Below, one piece after another: positions 1-9,190 of a stretch of 64,000 bases of DNA (its first letter is position 1; every line of letters starts with the position of its first letter). The notes below the pieces were generated by a model. That model had not been told where the DNA came from, did not search any database, and worked only from the letters and a program-made list of their open reading frames with translations. The position numbers and the translations under genes are program-made. The stretch spans positions 1,088,001 through 1,152,000 of the forward strand of contig CAVSLV010000001.1 in NCBI GenBank assembly GCA_963728915.1, given 5' to 3'. This stretch comes from an uncultured Gemmatimonadales bacterium. GTDB taxonomy: Bacteria; Gemmatimonadota; Gemmatimonadetes; Gemmatimonadales; GWC2-71-9.

Positions 1-597
1 GAAGAAGCGAAGCAGTCGCTCGGTGTGATCGCGGGAGACGCCATTCGGCTCGCGGAGGGCGATGGCGACTCGGCCCGCCACACCGGCCAGCAGCAGACAG
101 CTCTTGATCTGCGCGCTGGACACCGGGAGGAGCCACTCCAGGGATTGCAGGGTCCCACCGCGGATCGCGAAGGGGAACCGTTCGGGGGGCATTTGTCCCC
201 GACCGAAGAACCGGGCCCCCATCCGGGAGAGGGGTTCGGTGACACGGCGCATCGGTCTGTGCCGCAACGAGTTATCCCCCGTCAGGGTGGCCTGAAAATC
301 GTGCCCGGCGAGCAAGCCAAGCAACAACCTCGCGGTGGTCCCGGAATTGCCGCAGTGCAGAGTTCCGCGCGGACGCCTGAAGCGCGCTCCCCGCGCAAGG
401 ATCAGTATGTCCTGATGAGGCCTGAGCGGTGTCACGTCAGCACCAAGTTGACGAAGGACGCGCGCGGTCGAGCGGGCATCCAGGGAGGTGAGACCGCCTC
501 GAATCCGCGACTTGCCTGACGCCAGGCCGGCAAGGAGGAGAAGCCGATGCGTCACACTCTTGTCACCGGGGACCTTGACGGTCCCGTGAATCAGCAT
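1..597 (-). CDS. aroA: 3-phosphoshikimate 1-carboxyvinyltransferase (EPSP synthase), 5' part; runs off the window edge
   Basis: Manual translation from ATG at 597: MLIHGTVKVPGDKSVTHR...LHCGNSGTTARL...LTGDNSLRHRPMRRV...SSAQIKS...SRDHTE, all hallmark AroA motifs. Not in the ORF track because there is no stop in the window. Confidence 0.95.
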   Translation of the reverse strand, partial: MLIHGTVKVPGDKSVTHRLLLLAGLASGKSRIRGGLTSLDARSTARVLRQLGADVTPLRPHQDILILARGARFRRPRGTLHCGNSGTTARLLLGLLAGHDFQATLTGDNSLRHRPMRRVTEPLSRMGARFFGRGQMPPERFPFAIRGGTLQSLEWLLPVSSAQIKSCLLLAGVAGRVAIALREPNGVSRDHTERLLRFF

Positions 598-707
598 TGC
601 CCAGTCCTTGAACGGAGGTCGCTCGCCATCCCTGCTCTGAGTTACCTTGGAACCGGTGGAATTGTAGATCCTGAGACTCCGGCCACCAATTCTCCCCGGT
701 TTCGCCC

Positions 708-2873
708 ATGACCGCCAAAGCGCAGCCAAAGAAAGCGGCAGACGATCGTTGGCTGGCCCAGACGCTGGTCGACGCGGGGGTTCTCGAGCAATCCCAGGCG
801 GATGAGCTCCAGAAGAGTCCTCTCGGCGAAGACGAGACCAGCTGGAAGCGGGCGGTCCGCCAGGGGCTCACCAGCGACTACGCGATTGTGCAGGCACTGG
901 TCAGTCGCTTCAAGGTCAAGCCCGCGGATCTCGGGTCGACGGATGCCCGCGTCGCCGGCCTGCTCCCGGAAACCATGGCCCGAAGGCATCGTGTCGTCGT
1001 GCTTCGGGCCGATGACCGGACCATCACCGTGGCCACCTCAGACCCGAGGGATCTCGACCTGGAGGAGAATCTCCGGTTCATTACCGGCCGGCGGGTCACC
1101 TTCGAGATTGCCCCGCCGGATGCCATCGGCAAGAAACTCGATGAGATCTACCGTCCCGAGAAAGCCATCAATCAGCTGCTGGAGGGACTCAACCCGTCCA
1201 ACCTTGAATCGATCGAGGAGGTCGACCTCGATGCCGACAAGGATCCCGCCCTCGAGGCGCCGATGACCAAGCTGGTCGATGCCATGATCAGCGAAGGGGT
1301 TCGGGACGGGGCCAGCGACATCCATGCGGAGCCGCTGGTGGACGGGATGGTCATCCGATACCGGATCGACGGGGTGCTCAAGGAGGTCATGCGGCTTCCG
1401 GCCAACGCCGCGCCGGTCCTGGCGCGCCGGGTCAAGATCCTCGCCAAGCTCGACGTCACCGATCCGCTGCATCCCCACGACGGCCGGGCGGCGGTCCGGG
1501 TCGACGGCAAAGCCGTCGACCTCCGGATCGCCACGGTGCCAGTGGCGCGCCGGGGCGAGAAGGTGGTCATCCGGATTCTCGACAAGTCCAACTTGCGAGC
1601 CAACCTTCCGGACCTGCGGCTGCCTCCGTCGGAAGAGGACATCATCCGTCGGTTCCTCGGGCATCGGGAAGGCATGATCCTGGTGACCGGCCCCACCGGC
1701 AGCGGGAAGACCACCACCCTCTACGCGCTCATCAACGAGCTGCGCACCGGCAAAGTCAACATCATCACGGTCGAAGACCCGGTCGAATACGACGTCCCCG
1801 GAATTTCCCAGCTTCAGGTGAACGACGCCCAGGGATTCACTTTTGCCACCGCCCTCCGGTCGGTGCTCCGGCAGGACCCCGACATTCTGCTGGTCGGCGA
1901 GATTCGGGACGGCGAAACCGCAACCATCGCGATCCAGGCCGGTCTTTCCGGCCACCTGGTCCTCTCCACGCTCCACACCAACGACGCCCCATCCGCCGTG
2001 GTCCGCCTTCGCGATCTCGGCACCGACAGCTTCAAGATCGCCTCGGTGCTGAAGGGAATCATCGCACAACGTCTGGTGCGCCGGCTCTGCACCCAGTGCT
2101 CCGAACCGATCCCGATCGAAGACTTGCCGCATGAGGCGAGGCCCCCAGAGGGCCTGGAAGCGAAGCCGCGGAAGGCGGTGGGATGCAAGGCGTGCGCAGG
2201 CATGGGGTACAAGGGGCGGATGTCGGTCCTGGAAATCATGCCGGTCAATGATGCGGTCGCCCACAAGATCGAAGCCGGCGCTCTCCCGGACGAATTGCTG
2301 GCGGCGGCCCGGCCCCTCGGGATGCGAACCCTGTGGGAGAGCGGCCTGGACCGGGTGTGGAAGGGTCTCACGTCCATTGACGAAGTCATTCGAGTGCTGG
2401 GCGAGAAGAACGAGGAAGAGGAGAACAAGGGCGGGATCATCCACGGCGCCGTCCTTCCCGAGGCCGTGCGGATCGAGTTTTCAGCCGTCGGAAACGACTC
2501 GCCTCACATTCTGGTGGCCGATGATGATCCTCAGATGCGCCGGCTGATCCGCTCGATCCTCGAGCGGGACGGGTACCGGGTCACCGAGGCATCGGATGGC
2601 CTGGACGCCCTCGAATCGGTGGAGAGCGGGCAATTCAACCTGATGATGCTCGACATCGATATGCCCAGGCTGGACGGGCTTGGCGTCCTGGAAGAGCTGC
2701 GAACCCGAATCAAGACGGCCGGCGTCCCCGTCATCGTGCTGACCGCGCGAACCGACGACACCGAAGTCCGGGTGCTCGAGCTGGGCGCCCAGGATTTCCT
2801 GTCCAAGCCGGTCCAGCCTCAATCACTCCAGGCGCGCGTCAAGGCCGTGTTGCGCCGGGCCAAAATGGGCTGA
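708..2873 (+). CDS. PilB/GspE-family secretion or pilus assembly ATPase with C-terminal receiver (REC) domain
   Basis: ASDIH, Walker A GPTGSGKT, TVEDPVEY, LRQDPDILLVGEIRD, LSTLHTND, CxxC..CxxC. C-terminal ILVADDD...MLDIDMP..DG...LTA...SKP receiver. Confidence 0.93.
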   Translation: MTAKAQPKKAADDRWLAQTLVDAGVLEQSQADELQKSPLGEDETSWKRAVRQGLTSDYAIVQALVSRFKVKPADLGSTDARVAGLLPETMARRHRVVVLRADDRTITVATSDPRDLDLEENLRFITGRRVTFEIAPPDAIGKKLDEIYRPEKAINQLLEGLNPSNLESIEEVDLDADKDPALEAPMTKLVDAMISEGVRDGASDIHAEPLVDGMVIRYRIDGVLKEVMRLPANAAPVLARRVKILAKLDVTDPLHPHDGRAAVRVDGKAVDLRIATVPVARRGEKVVIRILDKSNLRANLPDLRLPPSEEDIIRRFLGHREGMILVTGPTGSGKTTTLYALINELRTGKVNIITVEDPVEYDVPGISQLQVNDAQGFTFATALRSVLRQDPDILLVGEIRDGETATIAIQAGLSGHLVLSTLHTNDAPSAVVRLRDLGTDSFKIASVLKGIIAQRLVRRLCTQCSEPIPIEDLPHEARPPEGLEAKPRKAVGCKACAGMGYKGRMSVLEIMPVNDAVAHKIEAGALPDELLAAARPLGMRTLWESGLDRVWKGLTSIDEVIRVLGEKNEEEENKGGIIHGAVLPEAVRIEFSAVGNDSPHILVADDDPQMRRLIRSILERDGYRVTEASDGLDALESVESGQFNLMMLDIDMPRLDGLGVLEELRTRIKTAGVPVIVLTARTDDTEVRVLELGAQDFLSKPVQPQSLQARVKAVLRRAKMG

Positions 2874-2877
2874 CCTC

Positions 2878-3252
2878 ATGGCCCGTATCCTCATCGTCGA
2901 AGACAATCCGGACAATCTCAAGCTCTTCAAGGCCGTCCTGGCCATGAAAGGCCACAAGATATCCGTCCTGCCGAGCGGAGAAGGCCTGCTTCCGGCCATC
3001 GAGCAGAGCGAGCCGGATCTCGTGCTCATGGACATCCAGCTTCCCGGGCGGGACGGCTACGAACTCATTCAGGACATCCGGAATTCCAAGTGGCGGGACA
3101 TCGGAGTGGTCGCGCTGACCGCCCACGCAAGGGACCAGGACGAAGAGCGCGCCCGCGGCGCGGGATTCGATGGTTACATCACCAAACCGATCGATATCGC
3201 GACCTTTCCCGAACGGGTGGAGCAGGCGCTCGCGAGGCCGCGCTCCTCATGA
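2878..3252 (+). CDS. Single-domain response regulator (CheY/DivK-like)
   Basis: ILIVEDN...VLMDIQLPGRDG...ALTAHA...YITKP; 124 aa. Confidence 0.93.
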   Translation: MARILIVEDNPDNLKLFKAVLAMKGHKISVLPSGEGLLPAIEQSEPDLVLMDIQLPGRDGYELIQDIRNSKWRDIGVVALTAHARDQDEERARGAGFDGYITKPIDIATFPERVEQALARPRSS

Positions 3253-3776
3253 GTCCGGATCGTCCGACCAATCCCCCCAATCGCTCCGGAGCGGCACAGG
3301 ACACCAAGAGCGTTTTGTACGAGGCGGCGGTCGAAGCCGTCCAGAACCGGGCCGCCCACGAGAGGACCAAGCCCCAGCGGCCCCCCGCCCGCAAGGCGAG
3401 CCGGGCCCCGCGGGTCATCGCGCTGATCCTGGTCGCCCTGGTCGGAGCCGCCCTGTTGGTCCTTCGGCCAGGCTGGCTGGTCGGACCGGAAACGATCCCG
3501 GCAGAATCGCCTGCGATCGCGGCCGCATCACTCCGGGTCGCTCTGGTGCGAGAACGGGACATGGTGTTCCGCTATCAGCAGCGGACCGGAAGCCTTCCCG
3601 TCAGCCTGAGCGCAGCCGGGATCAGCACGCCGAATCTGGATTACGATCATGAAGGAGGCGCGTTCAGCCTGAGCGGGCGGGTCGGAGATTCGCTCATCAC
3701 GATCCGATCCACCGATTCGGTCACCGTCTTCCTGGGGGATAGCTTCTTCCGTCTCCGCCACCGAAACTCCCCATGA
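3249..3776 (+). CDS. Hypothetical single-pass membrane protein with a pseudopilin-like periplasmic segment
   Basis: ATG at 3249 overlaps the upstream stop (ATGA). Hydrophobic stretch VIALILVALVGAALLVL. Stop overlaps the pilin start. Confidence 0.75.
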   Translation: MSPDRPTNPPNRSGAAQDTKSVLYEAAVEAVQNRAAHERTKPQRPPARKASRAPRVIALILVALVGAALLVLRPGWLVGPETIPAESPAIAAASLRVALVRERDMVFRYQQRTGSLPVSLSAAGISTPNLDYDHEGGAFSLSGRVGDSLITIRSTDSVTVFLGDSFFRLRHRNSP

Positions 3777-4228
3777 AGCGCAACGGATTCACCATGGTCG
3801 AGCTCCTGATCGTCATGGTGGTGATGGGGATTCTGGCCACGCTGGCCCTGCTCAAGACCAACGATCTCAAGAACGCGGCGATCGCCACTCAGGTCAATCA
3901 GGAGATGCGGGCGGTCCAGATCGCCGCGTTCAACTACTATGCCGACAAGGAGCAGTGGCCCCCCGAGGCGGGCGCGGGCCAGGTGCCCCCCGGGCTCTCG
4001 CCCCTTCTCCCCGGCCAGTTGGCGGCATCGTTCGATCGGGACCGGTACAAGCTGGATTACGACAATGTCGGGGCGGGCGAGTCCCAGATCATCAGCATTT
4101 CCGTGACCACGACCGATCCCCAGTTGATGGCGAAGCTGGTGGCCTACCTCAGCAACAAGGCCCCGATCTTCGTGGTCACTGGCAATCGGGTGACTTACCT
4201 GATTTCCGGTCCCAAGGGCGGTTTCTAG
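3773..4228 (+). CDS. Type IV pilin / pseudopilin with class III signal peptide
   Basis: MKRNG|FTMVELLIVMVVMGILATLAL N-terminal methylation motif with Glu at +5. Confidence 0.92.
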   Translation: MKRNGFTMVELLIVMVVMGILATLALLKTNDLKNAAIATQVNQEMRAVQIAAFNYYADKEQWPPEAGAGQVPPGLSPLLPGQLAASFDRDRYKLDYDNVGAGESQIISISVTTTDPQLMAKLVAYLSNKAPIFVVTGNRVTYLISGPKGGF

Positions 4229-5022
4229 GAGATCGTGAACCGCTTCAGCACCTCTGGATCCCCGCGGGGGAACTGGGGGTCCATCCCTTCCAGGGTCTCG
4301 ACCAGGGTCCGGAGCACCAGGTAGTCCCGGACCTTGTTGTGATCGGCCGGCACCAGATACCAGGGCGCCTGCGCGGTGCTGCACCTGGTCAGGACGTCCT
4401 CATAGGCGGCGGTGTACTCGTCCCACAGAGCCCGCTCCTCCAGATCAGCCGCGTCGAATTTCCAGTTCTTCGAGGGATCCTGCAGGCGGTCCTCCAGTCG
4501 GCGGCGCTGTTCGTCGCGCGAGACGTGGAGAAAGAACTTCCGCACCACCGTGCCCTCATCGGTCAGCATCTGCTCGAAGTGGTTGATGTGATCGAATCGC
4601 CTGGACCAGACCGTTTCGGGGACCAGGCGATGGACCCGCGCGGCCAGCACATCTTCGTAGTGGGAGCGGTTGAAGACGCCGATGCTGCCTCTCGGCGGCA
4701 GCGCCTGATGGATCCGCCAGAGGTAGTCGTGCTTCAGCTCGAGCCCGGCCGGCCGCTTGAAGCTGGTCACCGTGCAGTACGCCGGATTGAGCCCGCTGAA
4801 CACCCGGCGAATCGTGCCATCTTTCCCCGAAGCGTCGCGCCCCTGGAGCACCACGAGCAGCGCGCGGCGATTCTCCGCCCCCAGGGCGCGCTGGAGCTGG
4901 TCGAGTCGTCCGGCCAGATCCTCCAGCATCTTCTCCAACTCGTGGTTCCTGGGAACTCCAAGCCGGTCCGCGGCTTGCTCCTCGGTGAGGCGAATCGGCG
5001 GGGCGACAGGAGTCAGGCGCAT
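4225..5022 (-). CDS. ppk2: Polyphosphate kinase 2 family protein (class III-like)
   Basis: LQGRDASGKDG Walker A, FNRSHYEDV, KFFLHVS, KNWKF, PWYLVPAD. Confidence 0.92.
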   Translation of the reverse strand: MRLTPVAPPIRLTEEQAADRLGVPRNHELEKMLEDLAGRLDQLQRALGAENRRALLVVLQGRDASGKDGTIRRVFSGLNPAYCTVTSFKRPAGLELKHDYLWRIHQALPPRGSIGVFNRSHYEDVLAARVHRLVPETVWSRRFDHINHFEQMLTDEGTVVRKFFLHVSRDEQRRRLEDRLQDPSKNWKFDAADLEERALWDEYTAAYEDVLTRCSTAQAPWYLVPADHNKVRDYLVLRTLVETLEGMDPQFPRGDPEVLKRFTIS

Positions 5023-5027
5023 GCGAT

Positions 5028-5795
5028 CTATTCCCCCAGAAGACGGATCCGGCGCGGCCGGGCACGAATTTCCGCCCGGTGCTTTTCCAGCGCATTGCGC
5101 ACCAGGCCCTCGACCACCTCGGGGGAGTCGGTCGGGGTGAGCAGGTGAATGTCTTCCGGCGCGACGGTTCCGGCCCGGATCAAGGTGCGCTGGACGAAGT
5201 CGAGCAGCGGCTGCCAGAACGTGGTCCCGACCAGAATGATGGGGAAGGATTCGATCTTCGCGGTCTGCACCAGCGTCGCGGCCTCGAACAGCTCGTCGAG
5301 GGTCCCGAAACCTCCAGGGAGCACCACGAACGCGAAGCTGTATTTGACCAACAGCACTTTTCGCACGAAGAAGTACCGGAACGTGACCCAGCGATCCAGG
5401 TAGGGGTTGGGGGTCTGTTCGTGGGGAAGCTCGATGTTCGATCCGATCGAGTATCCGCCGGCTTCGCGGGCGCCTCTGTTGGCGGCCTCCATGACGCCGG
5501 GACCGCCCCCGGTCATGACGGTCGCGCCGGCCGCGGCCACCCGGCGGCCGATCTCTCTCGCGAGCGCGTAATAAGGGTGGCTCTCGGGAAAGCGAGCCGA
5601 CCCGAAGACGGTGACGCAGGGCCCGACGAAATGAAAGTGCCGAAAGCCTTTCACGAATTCTCCGGCGATCCGAATCACCCGGGCGAATTCGGAAATCCGG
5701 GAGCGCGGGCCGCTGAGGAATATCCGGTTGTGCGGGTCAGGCTGATGAACGGGCGCGGGAATGTCGGCAGGGGGTGGCTCGGGCGGTTCGACCAT
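5028..5795 (-). CDS. LOG family protein (nucleotide monophosphate nucleosidase, Rossmann fold)
   Basis: VTVFGSAR, TGGGPGVMEAANRGA, YFFVRK, PGGFGTLDE. Start moved to ATG 5795 because the longer ORF overlaps tRNA-Leu. Confidence 0.9.
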   Translation of the reverse strand: MVEPPEPPPADIPAPVHQPDPHNRIFLSGPRSRISEFARVIRIAGEFVKGFRHFHFVGPCVTVFGSARFPESHPYYALAREIGRRVAAAGATVMTGGGPGVMEAANRGAREAGGYSIGSNIELPHEQTPNPYLDRWVTFRYFFVRKVLLVKYSFAFVVLPGGFGTLDELFEAATLVQTAKIESFPIILVGTTFWQPLLDFVQRTLIRAGTVAPEDIHLLTPTDSPEVVEGLVRNALEKHRAEIRARPRRIRLLGE

Positions 5796-5842
5796 CCCGA
5801 AAGCTAGCAGCCAGCCGACCGGTGAACCCATTCGCGGGAGCA

Positions 5843-5926
5843 TGCCGGGGGCGGGGATCGAACCCGCAAGGGCCGAAGCCCAAGGGATTTTAAGTCCCTT
5901 GCGTTTGCCAGTTTCGCCACCCCGGC
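5843..5926 (-). tRNA. tRNA-Leu(TAA)
   Basis: GCCGGGGTGGCGAAACTGGCAAACGCAAGGGACTTAAAATCCCTTGGGCTTCGGCCCTTGCGGGTTCGATCCCCGCCCCCGGCA; cloverleaf with long variable arm, anticodon TAA, CCA not encoded. Confidence 0.95.
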
Positions 5927-5969
5927 GACCCGGGAAAGATACGCCGAGCCATGCTATGTTCCGCCAGCC

Positions 5970-7523
5970 ATGAGTTTCTTGCGGCGACTTCGCCTTCTCC
6001 TCCTCGTCGGCATCGCCGCTCCGCTCCGGGCCCAGCTTCCGCCGGTCACCGTGCCCGGCGGTCACCTCCGAGTCGACTTCGGCGGTGGGTTCACCTGGTG
6101 GGATCAGGCCTTCGTCGCAGGGGTGAGGCGCTCCACCATCGCCGACTTTCTCCAGAACCAGATTGTCCCATCGTTTCTTCCCGGGCTGGCGCAGTCCCAG
6201 GCCGCTCTGCGCGAAGTCACCGGGAACCAGGACCTCGCGATTTCTCCGGGCAGCACCAGCGGAAGCCTCGCGGTCAATGTCGGCCGCGCCGAGCTGGGCC
6301 TGGCACTCGGAATTACCTCGCGGCTTACGGTCTTCGGATCGGTTCCCCTGGTCCGGGTCCGGGTCGAGGAGCAGCTCCTGATCGATTCCACCAACGCCTC
6401 CGCGGGATTCAACCCCGCGAACCCGGTGCTGGGGACCTCGACGGGCGCCGCCGCCACCAACCAGTTCCTCAACGATCTGACCGGCGCGCTCTCCCAGCTC
6501 AACGCTGCGATCCAGTCCGGCGCATTCTCGGATCCGGAACAGCTGGCCGAAGCCCAGGCGACTCTGGCGCGGGGCACCACATTGCAGAGCGGGCTGCAGT
6601 CGTTGTTACTCGAATCTCCCTTCCTTCCCCTGACAGGCTCCCCGGGCGCGTTGGCGCTGAACCGGTCGATCGATTCACTTCGGACCCGGCTCTCGAGCCT
6701 CGAGCCTTCCGCCGATCCGCTCGCCTCCTCCCCCGCCCTGCCCCAAACGGGACTCGCCCTCGACGACTTCGAACGCTACGTCACGTCGAGCGGGGGACCG
6801 ATTCAGGCCAGCGCGTTCGAGCCGGAGACCTACACCGCGATCGGAGACGTCGAGGTCGGCGCGGCGTTCGCCCTCGCGAACGGACGGCCGCCGACCAAAG
6901 GGCTGGCGCTCCGCGCGGCGCTGCGGGGATCGATCCGCCTTCCCACCGCGCGGCTGGCGGACCCTAACGCGCTCTTCGGTGTGGGCACCGGCGAGCGCCT
7001 TCCCGGATTCCGGGGCGACCTCGTGACGGACCTGATGACCTCCCGGTTCGGGGCCCGCCTTCAGGCCGGATACACCGTTCAGCAGAAGTCGCCGCTCCAG
7101 CGCCGAATCACTCCGCCCGACCTGCCCCTGGCTCCCGTGTCCAGTCTCGCGATGGTGGAGCGCCAGGGAGGCAATATCATGGAGGGATCGGTTCAGCCCT
7201 ACGTGCGGATTGCCCCTCATTTTTCGGTCGTTGCCGGATTGACGCATTGGCGGAAGCAGGCGGATCGCTACACCTATGCCCCAGGCCAGGAGGCCATCCC
7301 CGGCCTCGATCCTTCCGTCCTCGCAGCAGGAACCAAGGCCAATGCGACCATCCTCTCCGGTGGACTCAGTCTCTCCCACCCCGGAATCCGGCGAAACGGG
7401 ACCGTCGGCATGCCGCTCGACGCGCAGGTCTCGGCCTGGATGGTGGTGGGTTCCAGCGAAGGACAGGTGGAGGCGAAACGAAGCGTGGTCTTCCTGCTGC
7501 GGCTCTACGGCAAGGTCTTCTAG
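5970..7523 (+). CDS. Exported hypothetical protein, probable outer-membrane beta-barrel
   Basis: Signal peptide MSFLRRLRLLLLVGIAAPLRA-Q; alternating amphipathic strands; ends LRLYGKVF with terminal Phe. Confidence 0.7.
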   Translation: MSFLRRLRLLLLVGIAAPLRAQLPPVTVPGGHLRVDFGGGFTWWDQAFVAGVRRSTIADFLQNQIVPSFLPGLAQSQAALREVTGNQDLAISPGSTSGSLAVNVGRAELGLALGITSRLTVFGSVPLVRVRVEEQLLIDSTNASAGFNPANPVLGTSTGAAATNQFLNDLTGALSQLNAAIQSGAFSDPEQLAEAQATLARGTTLQSGLQSLLLESPFLPLTGSPGALALNRSIDSLRTRLSSLEPSADPLASSPALPQTGLALDDFERYVTSSGGPIQASAFEPETYTAIGDVEVGAAFALANGRPPTKGLALRAALRGSIRLPTARLADPNALFGVGTGERLPGFRGDLVTDLMTSRFGARLQAGYTVQQKSPLQRRITPPDLPLAPVSSLAMVERQGGNIMEGSVQPYVRIAPHFSVVAGLTHWRKQADRYTYAPGQEAIPGLDPSVLAAGTKANATILSGGLSLSHPGIRRNGTVGMPLDAQVSAWMVVGSSEGQVEAKRSVVFLLRLYGKVF

Positions 7524-9190
7524 CCCGCGATCCGGTTCCTGGTCTTGAGCATCACGAGCGCGTGCCGCCGGGCCGTCTCCGCGTCCGGATCCCCCAGCAT
7601 CCGGGCCAGCTCGCCGACGCGATCCTCACCGTGAATCCATGAGACGTCGCTGGTGGCGACGCCCGCCCTCGCTCGCTTCGACACCACGAGATGACGGTCC
7701 GCCCTGGCGGCGATCTGTGGCAGGTGGGTGATCACCAGGACCTGGTGACGTTCGGCGACTTCCTCCAGCGATTCCGCCACCCTACCCCCGATCTCGCCTC
7801 CAATGCCCTGGTCCACTTCATCGAACACCAGGGTGGGCACCGCGTCGTGCCGGGCAAGAACGGCGCGCAACGCAAGCATCAGTCGGGAGAGCTCTCCCCC
7901 GGATGCGACCCTCGCGAGGGAACGTTCTTCCATCCCCTGATTGAGCTGAGCGGTGAAGTGCACCGCCTCTGCGCCCGAGCCGAGAATCTCGGCCAGTGGC
8001 TCGAGCGTAACGCCGATGCGTCCACCGGTGAGGCCGAGCTTCGGGAGCAGGCGATTCACGCCCCGGGCGAGCCGATCCGCCGCGGCGGTACGCTTCCCGG
8101 TCAGGGCGGCGGCGGCCTTCACGACCGCGGAATCCAGCGCGATCCGCTGAGCGGAGAGGGATCGCAGATCCAGATCGGCAGTGTCGAGCAGCTCCAGCTC
8201 GGCCGCCGAAGTTTTCCCGGTCTCGATCACAGCGTCCAGGGTGGCCCCGTATTTCTGTTTCAGCCGATCGATGAGATCCCGCCGGGTTTCCAGTTCGGCG
8301 AGTCGGGGGGGATCGTCCTCCAGAGTCCCACTGTACTGCCGGATCAGGCGGGCCAGCTCACCCAGATTCGCGAAGACCGGGTCCAGGAGCTCCCGCCAGA
8401 GCGAAGTTTCACCGTCGGCGCGTTCCAGCGCGGTGAGGGCGCGATCGGCCCGGGCGAGCGCATCCTGAGCTCCTCCGGAGTCGCCCTCGATCGCCTCCAG
8501 CATTTCAGCCGCGGTCCGGCTCAGCTGCTCGACGCTGCCGAGCCGCCGGGCTTCGCGATCCAGCGCATCATCTTCGCCGGGCTTGATCCGGGCCCGTTCG
8601 ATTTCCTGGACCACATGGCGGAGGTAGTCGGCCCGACGACGGACCTCATCCCGGCGGCCCACCAGCTCGGCCTCCTTCTCCTGGAGGGAGCGTCGCTCTG
8701 CGACCAAGGCGCCGAGAGCGGCACGCGCGGGTTCCGCATCGGCAAAGGCATCGAGGAGATCGCGCTGGGTGTCGGGGCGAAGGAGCGACTGCGCATCGTG
8801 TTGCCCGTGGATGTCCACCAGCAGGGTCCCAAGCTGAGCCAGCACACCCGCCGTGGTTGGGCTGCCACCGACCCAGGCACGGGAGCGGCCCTCGCTCGAA
8901 ACCTCCCGGCGGATCACCAGACGATCTTCCTCCACGTCCAATCCGAGGGTTTCGACGGCGGCGCGCACCGCGGGAGCAATCGCTTCGAATACGCCCTCGA
9001 TCAGGGCCTTTCCGCTGCCGGGACGGACGGCGCTCACTTCGGCGCGCCCACCCAGCAGGAGCCCCAGGGCATCGACCACCATCGATTTCCCCGCCCCGGT
9101 CTCCCCGGTGAGAACGTTGAGACCGGCCCCAAGGGGCAGCGTGACGTCTTCGATGGTGGCGAGGTCGCGGACTCGGAGCTCGGTGATCAC
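7520..9190 (-). CDS. recN: DNA repair protein RecN
   Basis: LTGETGAGKS, VDIHGQH, ASGGELSR, FDEVDQGIGG, ITHLPQIAA. Confidence 0.97.
   Translation of the reverse strand: MITELRVRDLATIEDVTLPLGAGLNVLTGETGAGKSMVVDALGLLLGGRAEVSAVRPGSGKALIEGVFEAIAPAVRAAVETLGLDVEEDRLVIRREVSSEGRSRAWVGGSPTTAGVLAQLGTLLVDIHGQHDAQSLLRPDTQRDLLDAFADAEPARAALGALVAERRSLQEKEAELVGRRDEVRRRADYLRHVVQEIERARIKPGEDDALDREARRLGSVEQLSRTAAEMLEAIEGDSGGAQDALARADRALTALERADGETSLWRELLDPVFANLGELARLIRQYSGTLEDDPPRLAELETRRDLIDRLKQKYGATLDAVIETGKTSAAELELLDTADLDLRSLSAQRIALDSAVVKAAAALTGKRTAAADRLARGVNRLLPKLGLTGGRIGVTLEPLAEILGSGAEAVHFTAQLNQGMEERSLARVASGGELSRLMLALRAVLARHDAVPTLVFDEVDQGIGGEIGGRVAESLEEVAERHQVLVITHLPQIAARADRHLVVSKRARAGVATSDVSWIHGEDRVGELARMLGDPDAETARRHALVMLKTRNRIAG

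Noticed and set aside
25..519. Plus-strand ORFs 25-519 and 62-295
   Set aside because: Antisense shadows of aroA, which has clear motifs on the minus strand.
5843..5926. tRNA-Leu(TAA) as a bldA-like regulator or an integration site
   Set aside because: The TTA codons I noticed are in unrelated genes (xseA, recJ, arcA) with no pattern; no duplicated tRNA end or integrase nearby.
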